Assembly (NCBI GenBank): GCA_965237955.1
Contig: OZ250169.1
Span: 3,456,001 to 3,520,000 of the forward strand
DNA length: 64,000 nucleotides
Direction of reading: 5' to 3'
Source: Candidatus Marinacidobacterales bacterium
Lineage (GTDB): Bacteria; Acidobacteriota; Vicinamibacteria; Marinacidobacterales; SMYC01
This document shows, piece by piece, positions 31,540 through 41,342 of this stretch (within the stretch, counting starts at the first letter, position 1; each line of letters starts with the position of its first letter). The translations under genes and the position numbers were made by a program. The notes beneath the pieces were generated by a model, which was not told where the DNA came from, searched no databases, and saw nothing but the letters and a program-made list of their open reading frames with translations.

Positions 31540-32325
31540 ATGTCCCTCGGTAAGACCATAGACGAGCTCAAAGAAGACATTTGTGAAGTCGGACGCCGCC
31601 TCTACCAGCACGGCTTCATCGCCGCCGGCGAGGGTAACGTCAGCATTCGCCTTTCGGACAACGAGCTCATGGGGACACCCGCCGGGACGTGCAAGGGCTA
31701 CTTGACGCCGGACATGATCTCGACGTGCGACATGGAGGGAAATACCTTGACGGGTCCGCCGGTCTCGACCGAGATCCAAATGCACATCTCGGTCTACAAG
31801 GCGCGGCCCGACGTCAAGGCGGTGACGCATGCTCATCCGCCGAAGTGCACCGGTTTTGCGGTCGCGGGGGTTCCGTTGAACCGTGCGGTGTTGGCCGAGG
31901 TCGTCGTGACCCTCGGCTGCGTCCCGCTCGCCGAGTACGGCACGCCGTCGACGCAGGAGCTCGCCGACTCGGTCGATCGTTTGATCCGGACCTCGGACGG
32001 CTTGCTGCTCTCGAACCACGGCGCTTTGACCGTCGGTAAGGATGTCTACGACGCTTATTTCAAGATGGAGGTTGTCGAGCATTTCGCCGAAATCTCTCTC
32101 ATCTCCCGCCAACTGGGAGGCGAGCGGTTGCTTCCCAACAAAGAAGTCTCGCGCTTGCTGGATCTGCGACAAAAGGTGTATCACCTTGAGGGGCCACCCG
32201 GCGGGGACGCGTGCCCGATACCCGCGGAAGCCGCGATGGGAAACGGCGACGACATCGTCGAGCTCACGCGAAGCGAATTAGTTCAGCTCATTTCGGACGC
32301 CATCCGTGAAGTCGGAGGGCGTTAG
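31540..32325 (+). CDS. Class II aldolase (FucA-like) with putative C-terminal encapsulation peptide
   Basis: GNVSIR, STE..MH, THAHP, SNHG; tail RSELVQLISDAIREV after a Pro/Gly linker. Confidence 0.9.
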   Translation: MSLGKTIDELKEDICEVGRRLYQHGFIAAGEGNVSIRLSDNELMGTPAGTCKGYLTPDMISTCDMEGNTLTGPPVSTEIQMHISVYKARPDVKAVTHAHPPKCTGFAVAGVPLNRAVLAEVVVTLGCVPLAEYGTPSTQELADSVDRLIRTSDGLLLSNHGALTVGKDVYDAYFKMEVVEHFAEISLISRQLGGERLLPNKEVSRLLDLRQKVYHLEGPPGGDACPIPAEAAMGNGDDIVELTRSELVQLISDAIREVGGR

Positions 32326-32367
32326 GTCGGTTCTAACTTTCACGAGAGATATTACACAGGAGGATTC

Positions 32368-32667
32368 ATGGCCGAATCTATGGGTGAAGCATTGGGAATG
32401 ATCGAGACCAAGGGACTCGTCGCAATGATCGAAGCGTGCGACGCGATGGTGAAAGCCGCGAAGGTTACCCTCGTCGGCTACGAGAAGATCGGCGCTGGCT
32501 TCGTGACCGCGCTCGTTCGCGGCGACGTCGCGGCGTGCAAAGCGGCCACCGATGCCGGTGCCGCCGCAGCGAGGCGCGTCGGCGAGCTCGTGTCGGTGCA
32601 CGTGATTCCGCGGCCGCACTCGAGCCTGGAAGATCGCCTCCCCATCGGTAAAACCAACAGCAAGTAA
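32368..32667 (+). CDS. BMC hexamer shell protein (EutM/PduA-like)
   Basis: [30 protein letters not shown]. Confidence 0.97.
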   Translation: MAESMGEALGMIETKGLVAMIEACDAMVKAAKVTLVGYEKIGAGFVTALVRGDVAACKAATDAGAAAARRVGELVSVHVIPRPHSSLEDRLPIGKTNSK

Positions 32668-32687
32668 GCGCTTCTACGGGCTAAGCG

Positions 32688-32969
32688 ATGATTCTCGGCA
32701 GAGTGGCCGGCACGGTGGTGGCCACCCAGAAGGACGAGCGGCTCGAGGGCTTCAAGCTCCTCGTGGTCCAGGCGGTCGAGCCCGATGGTCGGGCCAAAGA
32801 CAGCTATGTCATTGCGGTGGATACCGTGGATGCCGGGGTCGGTGAGCTCGTCCTCGTCGTGTCGGGGAGCTCGGCACGCATGGTGTCGGGCTGTGCTGAT
32901 CGGCCCGTCGATGCCGCGATTGTCGGTGTCGTTGATGCCGTCGATCTGACGCCGGCGCGGGGTGGTTGA
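32688..32969 (+). CDS. BMC pentamer (EutN/CcmL) 1
   Basis: MILGRVAGTVVATQK, AVDTVDAGVGE, GSSAR, DAAIVGVVD. Confidence 0.95.
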   Translation: MILGRVAGTVVATQKDERLEGFKLLVVQAVEPDGRAKDSYVIAVDTVDAGVGELVLVVSGSSARMVSGCADRPVDAAIVGVVDAVDLTPARGG

Positions 32970-32975
32970 GTCGAC

Positions 32976-33257
32976 ATGTTTCTCGCGGAGGTCACAGGCA
33001 CCGTCGTCGCCACGGTCAAGGACTCGGGCCTCGCGGCGCGAAAGCTCCTCGTGATCCAGCCGATCGCGGCGTCGGGCAAACCGGATGGTGCGAGCCTGGT
33101 CGCGATCGATAGCGTCGGTGTCGGTGTGGGAGAGCGCGTGATCTACGTCCGCGGCAAAGAAGCGTCGTTCCCGTTCCTTCCGGATCATGTACCCGCAGAT
33201 GCGAGCATCGTCGCCAAGGTGGACGCGATAGAGCATCGCGTCGGAGCGACGCGGTGA
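32976..33257 (+). CDS. BMC pentamer (EutN/CcmL) 2
   Basis: VTGTVVATVK, AIDSVGVGVGE, DASIVAKVD. Confidence 0.93.
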   Translation: MFLAEVTGTVVATVKDSGLAARKLLVIQPIAASGKPDGASLVAIDSVGVGVGERVIYVRGKEASFPFLPDHVPADASIVAKVDAIEHRVGATR

Positions 33258-33526
33258 TCTTGGGCCGCGTCACCGGCGTCGTCGTGGCGACCCGCAAGCA
33301 CTACAAGCTCGAAGGGCGCAAGCTCTTGCTGGTTCAGCCTCTCGACCTCGAAGGTGAGCCTCGAGGTGTGGCCGTGCTCGCGGTCGACGGCGTCGATGCG
33401 GGGGAGGGCGATCGCGTCCTCGTCGTACAGGAAGGAAAGTCGGCTTCGATGGTCTCGGAAAGAGCGGAGAGCCCGCTCGATGCGGCGGTGGTGGCCGTGG
33501 TCGACGCGGTCGATCTGGTGACATGA
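33254..33526 (+). CDS. BMC pentamer (EutN/CcmL) 3
   Basis: MILGRVTGVVVATRK, AVDGVDAGEGD, DAAVVAVVD. Confidence 0.93.
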   Translation: MILGRVTGVVVATRKHYKLEGRKLLLVQPLDLEGEPRGVAVLAVDGVDAGEGDRVLVVQEGKSASMVSERAESPLDAAVVAVVDAVDLVT

Positions 33527-33759
33527 GCGTCGATCGAAGCATCGATCGGAATAGGGTACGCGCGCTCGTGCGAGCGGAGCTCGAACGGCGACTCCACTCG
33601 ACCCGCTCGCCGTCGATCGGTGCCGCACCCGCTCTTTTCGAGATCTATCAGGATACCGAATGCTCGGAAGACCCCGACTTCCCCATCCGGAAACCGTGCG
33701 TCATCGAGCCCGAACGCCCCTGCACCAACAGCGGCTACTGCAAGAAACTGGGCTACTGA
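33523..33759 (+). CDS. Small four-Cys protein coupled to the BMC genes
   Basis: Overlaps pentamer 3 stop; amphipathic N-terminal helix; C-x11-C-x7-C-x5-C tail. Confidence 0.7.
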   Translation: MSVDRSIDRNRVRALVRAELERRLHSTRSPSIGAAPALFEIYQDTECSEDPDFPIRKPCVIEPERPCTNSGYCKKLGY

Positions 33760-33773
33760 GGCTTTTAAAGCAC

Positions 33774-33890
33774 AACGCAAAGGCGCAGAGTCGCGAAGAC
33801 GCAAAGAGCGCTAAGCTCGTGATCGGATCGGAGGCAATATGAACCAGCCTCGTCGATCTTTGCGCCTTGGCGTCTTTGCGCCTTTGCGTT
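33774..33890. repeat. Inverted octamer (CGCAAAGN)n element
   Basis: AACGCAAAGGCGCAGAGTCGCGAAGACGCAAAG ... CTTTGCGCCTTGGCGTCTTTGCGCCTTTGCGTT. Confidence 0.8.
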
Positions 33891-33897
33891 AAAAAAA

Positions 33898-35055
33898 GTG
33901 CACCGCACGATCTTTCATGTCGATATGGACGCGTTCTACACGTCCGTCGAGCAGCGTGATCATCCAGAGCACCGCGGCAAGCCCGTTATCGTAGGCGCGG
34001 ATCCGCAAGGCGGCCGCGGGCGCGGCGTCGTAGCCGCGGCGTCCTACGAAGCGCGCACGTTCGGCGTGCACTCCGCCTTGCCCATCAGCCGCGCCTATCG
34101 GTTGTGCCCGCAAGGTGTCTACCTTCGCGGCAACATGAAGAACTACGCTCGGGTCTCGCGCCGCATCATAGATGTTCTCGAGAGCTACACCGATCTCGTC
34201 GAGCCGATATCTATCGACGAGGCTTTCATGGACGTGAGCGTGATTTGCCTTCCCGAGAAGGGACGAGCACTCGCCGAGGAAGTGAGAGAAAACGTTTTCC
34301 GTCACGAACAACTAAAAGCGTCGATCGGCGTCGCCTCCAACAAGTTTCTCGCCAAGATCGCTTCCGATCTCGAAAAACCCGATGGGCTCGTGGTCGTGCC
34401 CGAGGGCGGCGAGCTCGCGTTCCTCGAGCATCTTCCCGTCGAGCGCCTGTGGGGTGTGGGTCCGAAAACGGCGGAGCGTCTTCACGAGATGGGCTATCGC
34501 AAGATAAGCGATCTCTGGAAAGTCGACCCCGGTGGTCTTCCCATGGGCAAGCACGGGGATCACATCTTGAAGCTCTCCCGCGGGATCGATGCCCGCAAGG
34601 TCGTTCCGCACCACGCGGCGAAGTCGATTGGACACGAGACGACGTTCCTCGAAGACACCGACGATCCGGAAGTGGTACGAGCCACGCTGCTGAAGCTCGC
34701 GGAGGCCGTCGCCCGCCGGCTACGAAGTCACGGTGTGCGTGGCAAAACGGTCACGCTCAAGTTTCGAGACGCCGACTTCGTGACCGAGACGCGCGCCCAT
34801 ACCCTCAGAGAGCCCACCGAAGATGCCAAGGAGATCTTCGACGTTGTGCTCGCACAGATGGAGCGCGTCCGTGGCAAAGGGAAGAAGATTCGTCTCCTCG
34901 GGATCAGTCTGTCCAAGCTCGAAAAGCCCGGGGGGCCGCGACAGCTGTCGCTCTTCGGCCGGGAAGACAAGAACGAGCGGCTCAATAGGGCCCAAGACAG
35001 CCTAGCCGAGCGGTTCGGGAAGGGGAGTGTGAAGCGAGCTTCGCTTTTGGATTAG
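33898..35055 (+). CDS. dinB: DNA polymerase IV
   Basis: HVDMDAFYTSVE, ASYEAR, SIDEAF, KPDG, WGVG. Confidence 0.96.
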   Translation: MHRTIFHVDMDAFYTSVEQRDHPEHRGKPVIVGADPQGGRGRGVVAAASYEARTFGVHSALPISRAYRLCPQGVYLRGNMKNYARVSRRIIDVLESYTDLVEPISIDEAFMDVSVICLPEKGRALAEEVRENVFRHEQLKASIGVASNKFLAKIASDLEKPDGLVVVPEGGELAFLEHLPVERLWGVGPKTAERLHEMGYRKISDLWKVDPGGLPMGKHGDHILKLSRGIDARKVVPHHAAKSIGHETTFLEDTDDPEVVRATLLKLAEAVARRLRSHGVRGKTVTLKFRDADFVTETRAHTLREPTEDAKEIFDVVLAQMERVRGKGKKIRLLGISLSKLEKPGGPRQLSLFGREDKNERLNRAQDSLAERFGKGSVKRASLLD

Positions 35056-35086
35056 ACCGAGTCCTCAACAGAGTTACAATAAGCGC

Positions 35087-35914
35087 ATGGAACCACTGAA
35101 TCGCAAGCTCGCCATCGTGGGGCTCGGAAAGCTGGGCGGGCTCCTCGCGGAGTCGTTCATTGCGCGTGGCCTCACTCAGCCCAAAGACCTCGTCGGTACC
35201 GTCCGCCACAAGGCTCGAGCCGAGAAGCTCGACGGGTCGCACCCGTTTCCGGTGCATACCGACAATCGCGATGCGGTCTCGGACGCCGATATCGTCCTCC
35301 TCGCCGTCAAGCCGCAAATGGTCGAATCTGTGTGTGAGGAGATCCGCTCGGTGGTCACGAAGGACAAGCTCGTCATCTCTATCGCGGCCGGGGTTCCGAT
35401 GGGAAGCATCGAGCGTTTTTTCTCGGGCGAGGTTCCCGTCGTTCGGGCCATGCCGAACACGCCGTGCGCGGTCGGTGCCGGCATGACGGTTCTCTGCCGT
35501 GGGAAAGCGGCGACGGATGAAAACGTGGCGCTGGCCGAGCGCCTCTTCGATACCGTGGGGCGCACGATAGTTTTGGACGAGAGGCACATGGACGCCGTCA
35601 CCGGGTTGTCCGCGAGCGGACCGGCGTACATCTACGTCATTCTCGAATCCCTCGCGGAGGCGGGGGTCAAATTGGGACTGCCTCGCGACACGGCGACGTT
35701 GCTCGCGGCGCAAACGGCAAAAGGCGCCGCCGAGCAAGTGCTCGTGACCGGCTCGCATCCGGCCTTGCTGAAAGACGAGGTCACCACGCCGGCGGGCTGC
35801 ACCATCGACGGGCTTCTCGAGCTCGAAGAAGGGAAGCTACGCGTCACTTTGATCAAAGCCGTCGTCAAGGCCGGCCAACGTGCGCGGGAGCTGTATCGGG
35901 CTCAGGAGGACTAG
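35087..35914 (+). CDS. proC: Pyrroline-5-carboxylate reductase
   Basis: LAVKPQ, RAMPNTP, SASGPAY, VTTPAGCTI. Confidence 0.95.
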   Translation: MEPLNRKLAIVGLGKLGGLLAESFIARGLTQPKDLVGTVRHKARAEKLDGSHPFPVHTDNRDAVSDADIVLLAVKPQMVESVCEEIRSVVTKDKLVISIAAGVPMGSIERFFSGEVPVVRAMPNTPCAVGAGMTVLCRGKAATDENVALAERLFDTVGRTIVLDERHMDAVTGLSASGPAYIYVILESLAEAGVKLGLPRDTATLLAAQTAKGAAEQVLVTGSHPALLKDEVTTPAGCTIDGLLELEEGKLRVTLIKAVVKAGQRARELYRAQED

Positions 35915-35922
35915 GCTATCCG

Positions 35923-37158
35923 CTATCGGCGGGTTTCGGGTAAGAGCTCGGTTTGGATTGTTTCCCAGGCTTCGCTCGGCAGTTTTAGCGTGATGTCTTC
36001 GTCTTTTCTTGTCGCGTAGGCGACGCCTGCGTCGAGGTGTATCGAGATTTCGTCTTCGGCGCCGTCGGTCGAAACGGTAATCACGAACGCCGGGTCGCCG
36101 GACGGGAGCGTTGTGACGATCTCAGTAGGAGTCATGCTCGAAAGCGCGCTCAGCAGGTCCTGGGCTTCGTCGCGATCAAGCGAGCGATCCTCGTCGGGGC
36201 TCACGATGAGGACCACGGTCGTCTCGGTCGTCGGATGGTGCAGGAGCTTCTTGGACCATCGATCGGCGACCTCTCTTTGAAGCTCGTGGACGAGGCCGCC
36301 TTCGATCACGAACACCTGGTCGTGCGACGGCACGCGTGCATAGTAGTCGATGTTTTTCTTGCTCCCGATTTCGAGAGCCATGCTGCCGATGTCGCCTTGG
36401 AACGCTACGTCGAGACGGTACCCAGGGGGATCGAGTCCAGTGCCGTCAGCGTCTTCGGCGAGGTCCAACATCTCGGCTCGTCGGAAGCGTGCCACCATTC
36501 CCGTGACCGCGAAGCGATCGACGCGCGCCCGGGGGGGAGCCACCGTCTTCCACACGCCACCGTCGTTCGTGAGTTCGATGGTCTCGTCCCCGCGCACGAT
36601 CGAAACGCGCTCGGGCTCGGCGTCCTCGGGCAGATGAAAGATCGCTTTGTCGCGCACGTCCCACGCGCTCTTGTCGAGATTGTTCGCAAGGTGTGACGCG
36701 ACCACGAGCACCTCGTCCGATCCGATGCGCTCGGCGTACTGGTTCGACGGAGTGAGCGTATCCTTGCCGAACCGAAGGCCGTACTCACCGCCTTCGGTGG
36801 TGACGAAACGGACTTCGAGCGTCGGAGTATCGAGCCCGAACTCCATCATGTCCATATCGGCTTCACGCGCAAAGGAACGGACCACGGTCATCGTCGCGAG
36901 GTTCGAGAGAATAAGGTCCACTTCGCGCTGGTCGGACGCCGCGTCGACCGGTTGAACGACGCGAAAGCTCTCGTCTTTTCGTTCGATCACCACGGGCTCG
37001 GTACCGAACCGCCGAATCTCCACGCGCTCGATATCGTCTTCGGCGACGTCGAACACGCGCTCGACGTCCGCACCCGCACCCTCGTCCCTCTCGAGCCAGT
37101 AGACGATCCCCACAAGAATGGCGAGCACCGCTGCCGCTACGAGCGTAGACCGTTTCAT
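35923..37158 (-). CDS. DUF4340-like protein
   Basis: N-terminal anchor, FGLDTP repeat architecture; last gene of a Gld-type ABC operon. Confidence 0.75.
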   Translation of the reverse strand: MKRSTLVAAAVLAILVGIVYWLERDEGAGADVERVFDVAEDDIERVEIRRFGTEPVVIERKDESFRVVQPVDAASDQREVDLILSNLATMTVVRSFAREADMDMMEFGLDTPTLEVRFVTTEGGEYGLRFGKDTLTPSNQYAERIGSDEVLVVASHLANNLDKSAWDVRDKAIFHLPEDAEPERVSIVRGDETIELTNDGGVWKTVAPPRARVDRFAVTGMVARFRRAEMLDLAEDADGTGLDPPGYRLDVAFQGDIGSMALEIGSKKNIDYYARVPSHDQVFVIEGGLVHELQREVADRWSKKLLHHPTTETTVVLIVSPDEDRSLDRDEAQDLLSALSSMTPTEIVTTLPSGDPAFVITVSTDGAEDEISIHLDAGVAYATRKDEDITLKLPSEAWETIQTELLPETRR

Positions 37159-37174
37159 CGATTAGAAAAAACAA

Positions 37175-37246
37175 ACGCAAAGTCGCAAAGTCGCAAAGTC
37201 CTTTCTAGATGGTCTTGCCCTCTTTGCGTCTTTGCGCCTTTGCGTT
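37175..37246. repeat. Inverted octamer (CGCAAAGN)n element, second copy
   Basis: AACGCAAAGTCGCAAAGTCGCAAAG ... CTTTGCGTCTTTGCGCCTTTGCGTT. Confidence 0.8.
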
Positions 37247-37281
37247 AAAAAAAATCAAGCGCGGCTGCATCGAGTTAGCAG

Positions 37282-38856
37282 TTAGCGGCCCCACCACAGC
37301 GACACGCCGGTGACGATCACCATGCCCGGGATGATGAAGAGCGACAAGAAGAAAACGTTCTGACGCTGCTGATCGGTCATCAACACCGAGCGCTCCTCGG
37401 GCTCGCGCGGGCGAATCGAAATGAGATCTTCGTCCTGCGCGACCCAGTTCACCATGTTCAAGAACAAGTCGGCGTTCAAAAGTGGCGCTTGAGCGAGCTC
37501 GTTCGCGATGAAATCCGAATCTCCCACGACGACGACCCGCGACGGCCCTAATGAGGAAGACGAGGAAGCGTCGTCATCGTGCTCGATGGTGAGGGCCATC
37601 GCGAGCCCGATGGGGCCGAGCGCCTGTCCCGGGGCCGGGCCGCGTCGTTGAGGCAGCTCTTTGGGGCGCGTCTCTGCCCAGCTGTTCTCGTCCGCGGTCG
37701 TGAACAGCTCGCGCATGTCGCTGCCTTCGGGTACATCGTCGCCCATGGTGACGCTGCGCGCGAGCGGGAAGATACTCATGACGTTTCCGAAACTCTCGAC
37801 GATCGGGTGGCTGCCGTAGCTCTCGACGACGGGAGCGAAGGATGGCTGTGCCAGCGGGTCGACGACGACGTCTTGTCCGAGCACGATGCCGCGCTCGACG
37901 ATCAACCCTATTAGCTCGACCGCGAGCCCTCCCTGGGTTTCCGGATCCACGAGAAAAATGACACCCCCGCCACCGTCGATGTACGCGTCGAGGGCGTCGA
38001 GCTCTTCCTGAAGAAAATCTATCCGAGGACCGGCGACGACGACGGCGGCCGCGTCGTCGGGAATGCGGAGCGTCTCGCCGTCGTCGCCTAACGAGCGCGC
38101 GATGACGAGGGCCTGGGTGTCGTAGGCGGAATTTGCAAGTTTCCCAGCGACGATGGAAATCCCGGTGGGGCCAGCGGTGTCGAGAAGCTCCTTCTCCTGA
38201 TGGCCCGACGTGAAGTAGATCTGTTTGGTCTCGTTCGTCAACGCACGGATGAGAGCACTCGTGATTTCAGGCTCGGTCGCGGCCGTCGCCCGCCCTTGCC
38301 GCTCGCCGGTATCGATAATGATGGTGCCGAGTGCGAGGGGCTCGGTCGGACTCGTGTATGCGAGGGCTCTTTCCGGCTCGGCCTCGGGATCGATCGTCTC
38401 GGTGTCGACGCGTGCGCTCGCGTCGTCGTAGAGTTTGAGCAGATCTTCCGCCCGGATCTGCGGCTCGCTCCCCCGGCGATCGAGGAGCACGATCTCGATG
38501 TCGGTTGTAAGCTCGTCGAGAATCTTCGTCGTCTGATCCGATAGCGAGTACTGCTTTGTGGCGGTCGCGTCCCACTGCTCGGCGTGCTCGTCGGCGATGT
38601 AGTTGATGAGCACAACGATGGCGATGACGATCACGATCAGAAGAGCCGAGTTGGCACCTTCCCTCGTGCTCCGACTCCCGAGCGCCGGAGCGAGCTCGCT
38701 CCACCGGCTCGCGATGTACACCGCGCACAACACCAGCCCGGCGATGAGAAAGCTCGCCCAGTAGATCTCCTGGGCGCGTTGCATCGCCCACAGAAGAATT
38801 CCCGCGAGTAGAAACCCGAGCCCGAGCGAGCCGAGATAGGTCGCGAATTTTTTCAT
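37282..38856 (-). CDS. GldG-family ABC auxiliary component
   Basis: DATATKQYSLS, YFTSGHQE, VVGDSDF, NMVNW...ISIRP. Confidence 0.85.
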   Translation of the reverse strand: MKKFATYLGSLGLGFLLAGILLWAMQRAQEIYWASFLIAGLVLCAVYIASRWSELAPALGSRSTREGANSALLIVIVIAIVVLINYIADEHAEQWDATATKQYSLSDQTTKILDELTTDIEIVLLDRRGSEPQIRAEDLLKLYDDASARVDTETIDPEAEPERALAYTSPTEPLALGTIIIDTGERQGRATAATEPEITSALIRALTNETKQIYFTSGHQEKELLDTAGPTGISIVAGKLANSAYDTQALVIARSLGDDGETLRIPDDAAAVVVAGPRIDFLQEELDALDAYIDGGGGVIFLVDPETQGGLAVELIGLIVERGIVLGQDVVVDPLAQPSFAPVVESYGSHPIVESFGNVMSIFPLARSVTMGDDVPEGSDMRELFTTADENSWAETRPKELPQRRGPAPGQALGPIGLAMALTIEHDDDASSSSSLGPSRVVVVGDSDFIANELAQAPLLNADLFLNMVNWVAQDEDLISIRPREPEERSVLMTDQQRQNVFFLSLFIIPGMVIVTGVSLWWGR

Positions 38857-38857
38857 T

Positions 38858-39607
38858 TCAGCTTCGCCATCGGTAGGACTCGATGGACTGCTTCGTTAGA
38901 AAAAGTCCGAGAGCCGTGAACGACAAGTAGTACACGACGTCGCGCGAATCGATGACGCCTTTGGCGAACTCTTCGAGATGCCGGCTGACCGAAAGGTACG
39001 GTACCAGCGCCTGCGCCCAACCGCCCCAGTTCTGCGCGATCTCGATGAGATAGAGAAACAGAAAAACGCCGAACGACAATAACCCCGCCACGATCTGGTT
39101 CTTGGTCATCGAGCTGAAGACGAGACCGAAGGAGATGTACGCACTCCCGAGGAGGAGCATCCCCAAGTAGCCGACCGCGATGGGCTTCCATTCGGGATCC
39201 CCGAAATAAAACAACAGGCCCATGTGAAGGAAAGTCCCACCGAGCATCACGAGATAGAGCGTCAACGCGCCGAAGAACTTCCCGAGCACGAGCTGGCTGT
39301 CGGTCAAGGGTGACGTGAACAAGAGCTCGATCGTCCCCGAGCGAAGCTCTTCCGAGAACGATCGCATGGTGACGAGCGGTAGAACGAACATGACGATGAC
39401 CGCGGTGGTGTTGAAGAGCCACCGGATCATGTCCTGGTTGATGTTTGCCGTGTGCCCCTGGGCGCCCCTGGGGTCGACGAAGATCTCGAGCTCACCGTAG
39501 AAATACAGACCGAAGAGAAACAAGAAAAGCGCGAGAACGACGTAGGCGATAGGTGTGCCGAAATACGCGTGCACCTCGCGGCGAACGAGCGCCAAGAGGG
39601 TCGTCAT
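38858..39607 (-). CDS. ABC-2 permease (GldF-like)
   Basis: RE..AYF.TPIAY, TMRSFSEE.RSGTIELL, LGKF. Confidence 0.9.
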   Translation of the reverse strand: MTTLLALVRREVHAYFGTPIAYVVLALFLFLFGLYFYGELEIFVDPRGAQGHTANINQDMIRWLFNTTAVIVMFVLPLVTMRSFSEELRSGTIELLFTSPLTDSQLVLGKFFGALTLYLVMLGGTFLHMGLLFYFGDPEWKPIAVGYLGMLLLGSAYISFGLVFSSMTKNQIVAGLLSFGVFLFLYLIEIAQNWGGWAQALVPYLSVSRHLEEFAKGVIDSRDVVYYLSFTALGLFLTKQSIESYRWRS

Positions 39608-40566
39608 CGAGCGTCCTCGGCTTCGTTCGCGATCGCGCGAAGGTACACGTCCTCAAGGCTCATTCCGGAGCGGTGGAGCTCGAGCAAACCGAGACCTCGG
39701 GTCACGATTCGCTCCGCCAGCGTCCGGCGGACATCGACATCGGAAGCCACTTCGATCGCGAACGAGACAACGTCGTTCGACGTGCGTCCCGACACTCGGA
39801 AATCCAGGACCCCAACGGTTTCGCGGATCACGGCTTCGATCTCGCCGAGAGAACCTTGAACGGTGACGTCGACGGAATCGGTTTTGCGGAACTGGTCCCG
39901 GAATCGATCAGTGAGGCTTTCCGGAGTACCCTGCGCGACGAGCTGGCCGCGGTTGATGATCACCACGCGATCGCACGTCATCGACACCTCGGGGAGGATG
40001 TGGGTCGACAAAATCACGGTGTGATCGCCGCCGAGAGTCTTGATCAACTCCCGGGTCTCGTTGATTTGCTGCGGGTCGAGCCCCGCGGTGGGCTCGTCGA
40101 GGATCAGGACTTCGGGATCATGAACGAGCGCCTGGGCGAGCCCCACCCGCTGGCGGAAGCCTTTGGAGAGCTTCGCGGTGAGCTTGTCGCGCACTTCGGT
40201 GAGCGAGCAGCGCTCGAGGGCGCGCTCAACCTTCTGGTTGCGCTCAACCGAGGGTACGCCTTTGATGTGTGCGACGAAGTGCACGTAGTCGACGACGCTC
40301 ATCTCCGGATAAAGAGGTGGAGTTTCCGGGAGGTAGCCGATCTTCGCTTTCGCGGCGAGCGGTTCGGCGACGACGTCGTGGCCGGCGACGCGCGCGGTTC
40401 CGGCCGAAGGCGGAAAGAATCCGGTCAGAACGCGCATCGTCGTCGTCTTGCCGGCTCCGTTCGGTCCGAGAAAGCCGAGAATCTCGCCTGCATCGACGGA
40501 GAAGCTGAGGTCTCGAACGGCCGTGAACGGTCCGTACTCTTTGGTGACGTCTTTGACTTCGATCAC
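39604..40566 (-). CDS. ABC ATP-binding protein (GldA-like)
   Basis: GPNGAGKTT, LSKGFRQR, ILDEPT. Confidence 0.93.
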   Translation of the reverse strand: MIEVKDVTKEYGPFTAVRDLSFSVDAGEILGFLGPNGAGKTTTMRVLTGFFPPSAGTARVAGHDVVAEPLAAKAKIGYLPETPPLYPEMSVVDYVHFVAHIKGVPSVERNQKVERALERCSLTEVRDKLTAKLSKGFRQRVGLAQALVHDPEVLILDEPTAGLDPQQINETRELIKTLGGDHTVILSTHILPEVSMTCDRVVIINRGQLVAQGTPESLTDRFRDQFRKTDSVDVTVQGSLGEIEAVIRETVGVLDFRVSGRTSNDVVSFAIEVASDVDVRRTLAERIVTRGLGLLELHRSGMSLEDVYLRAIANEAEDAR

Positions 40567-40636
40567 AGCTTCGGTCTTTCGCTTTCAGAGTATAATCGGC
40601 GCGAAAAGGCGGGCAGCCGGAATAGTCGCACCTACC

Positions 40637-41218
40637 ATGGGCAATTGGAAGCGTCGCATGTTAATGAAAGCCGTCGTCGGGTGTCAACTTTTCGCGGTGC
40701 TGGCGCTTCAATCTTGCTCGGCTTGCTCGGATGCGGAGAGCGAGAAGATTCTTCGAGCGCTACAGCTCGAAGACGTGGCCGCGTATTGGGCCATCCAAGG
40801 CCAGGACGAGGAGAAGAACAACTACATCCATCCTGTCGTTCGCTTTCGCGTCTTCAACGGGGCCGAGCAGGATCTCGACTACGTTCAGGTGATGGCGGTT
40901 TTCAAACGGGAGAATTTGCCCGACGAGCCTTGGGGGAACGCTTTCACGTACTCCATCTCGGAAGAGCCGATCCCGCCCGGAGCTACCTCCGACACGATCA
41001 CACTCCGCTCGGACACGAGCTTCATATCGAAGGACTCACCCCAGCAAATGTTTCGCAACGAGAAATGGGAAGAGGTCCAAGTCGAGATTTTCCTCCGTGT
41101 CGGGCCCTCCAGCTGGCAGATATTGGAATCGCGCCAGGTTCCGAAGCACATTGGTGCTCCAGGACTGGAAAAGTTTCTTGAGCCCGCCAAAGACACAGAA
41201 ACCTCTTTCCCTCAGTGA
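40637..41218 (+). CDS. Hypothetical exported protein, possible lipoprotein
   Basis: Signal-like N-terminus with LALQSCSAC; coding-like composition. Confidence 0.65.
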   Translation: MGNWKRRMLMKAVVGCQLFAVLALQSCSACSDAESEKILRALQLEDVAAYWAIQGQDEEKNNYIHPVVRFRVFNGAEQDLDYVQVMAVFKRENLPDEPWGNAFTYSISEEPIPPGATSDTITLRSDTSFISKDSPQQMFRNEKWEEVQVEIFLRVGPSSWQILESRQVPKHIGAPGLEKFLEPAKDTETSFPQ

Positions 41219-41342
41219 CTTCCGGATTCGTCACGTGTCCGTTGGAAAAAACTACGCTGTGCTGTGGAAATCCCCAGTTGTCGGGATGTCCCGACTGGGT
41301 TAAACTCTGATTTTCATAATAGGGGGCATAAGGGAATTCACT

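Noticed and set aside
39553-41181. 542-aa + strand ORF, and similar long ORFs at 49720-51318, 4375-5598 and 51613-52689
   Set aside because: Antisense or alternate frames of clearly identified genes; no motifs
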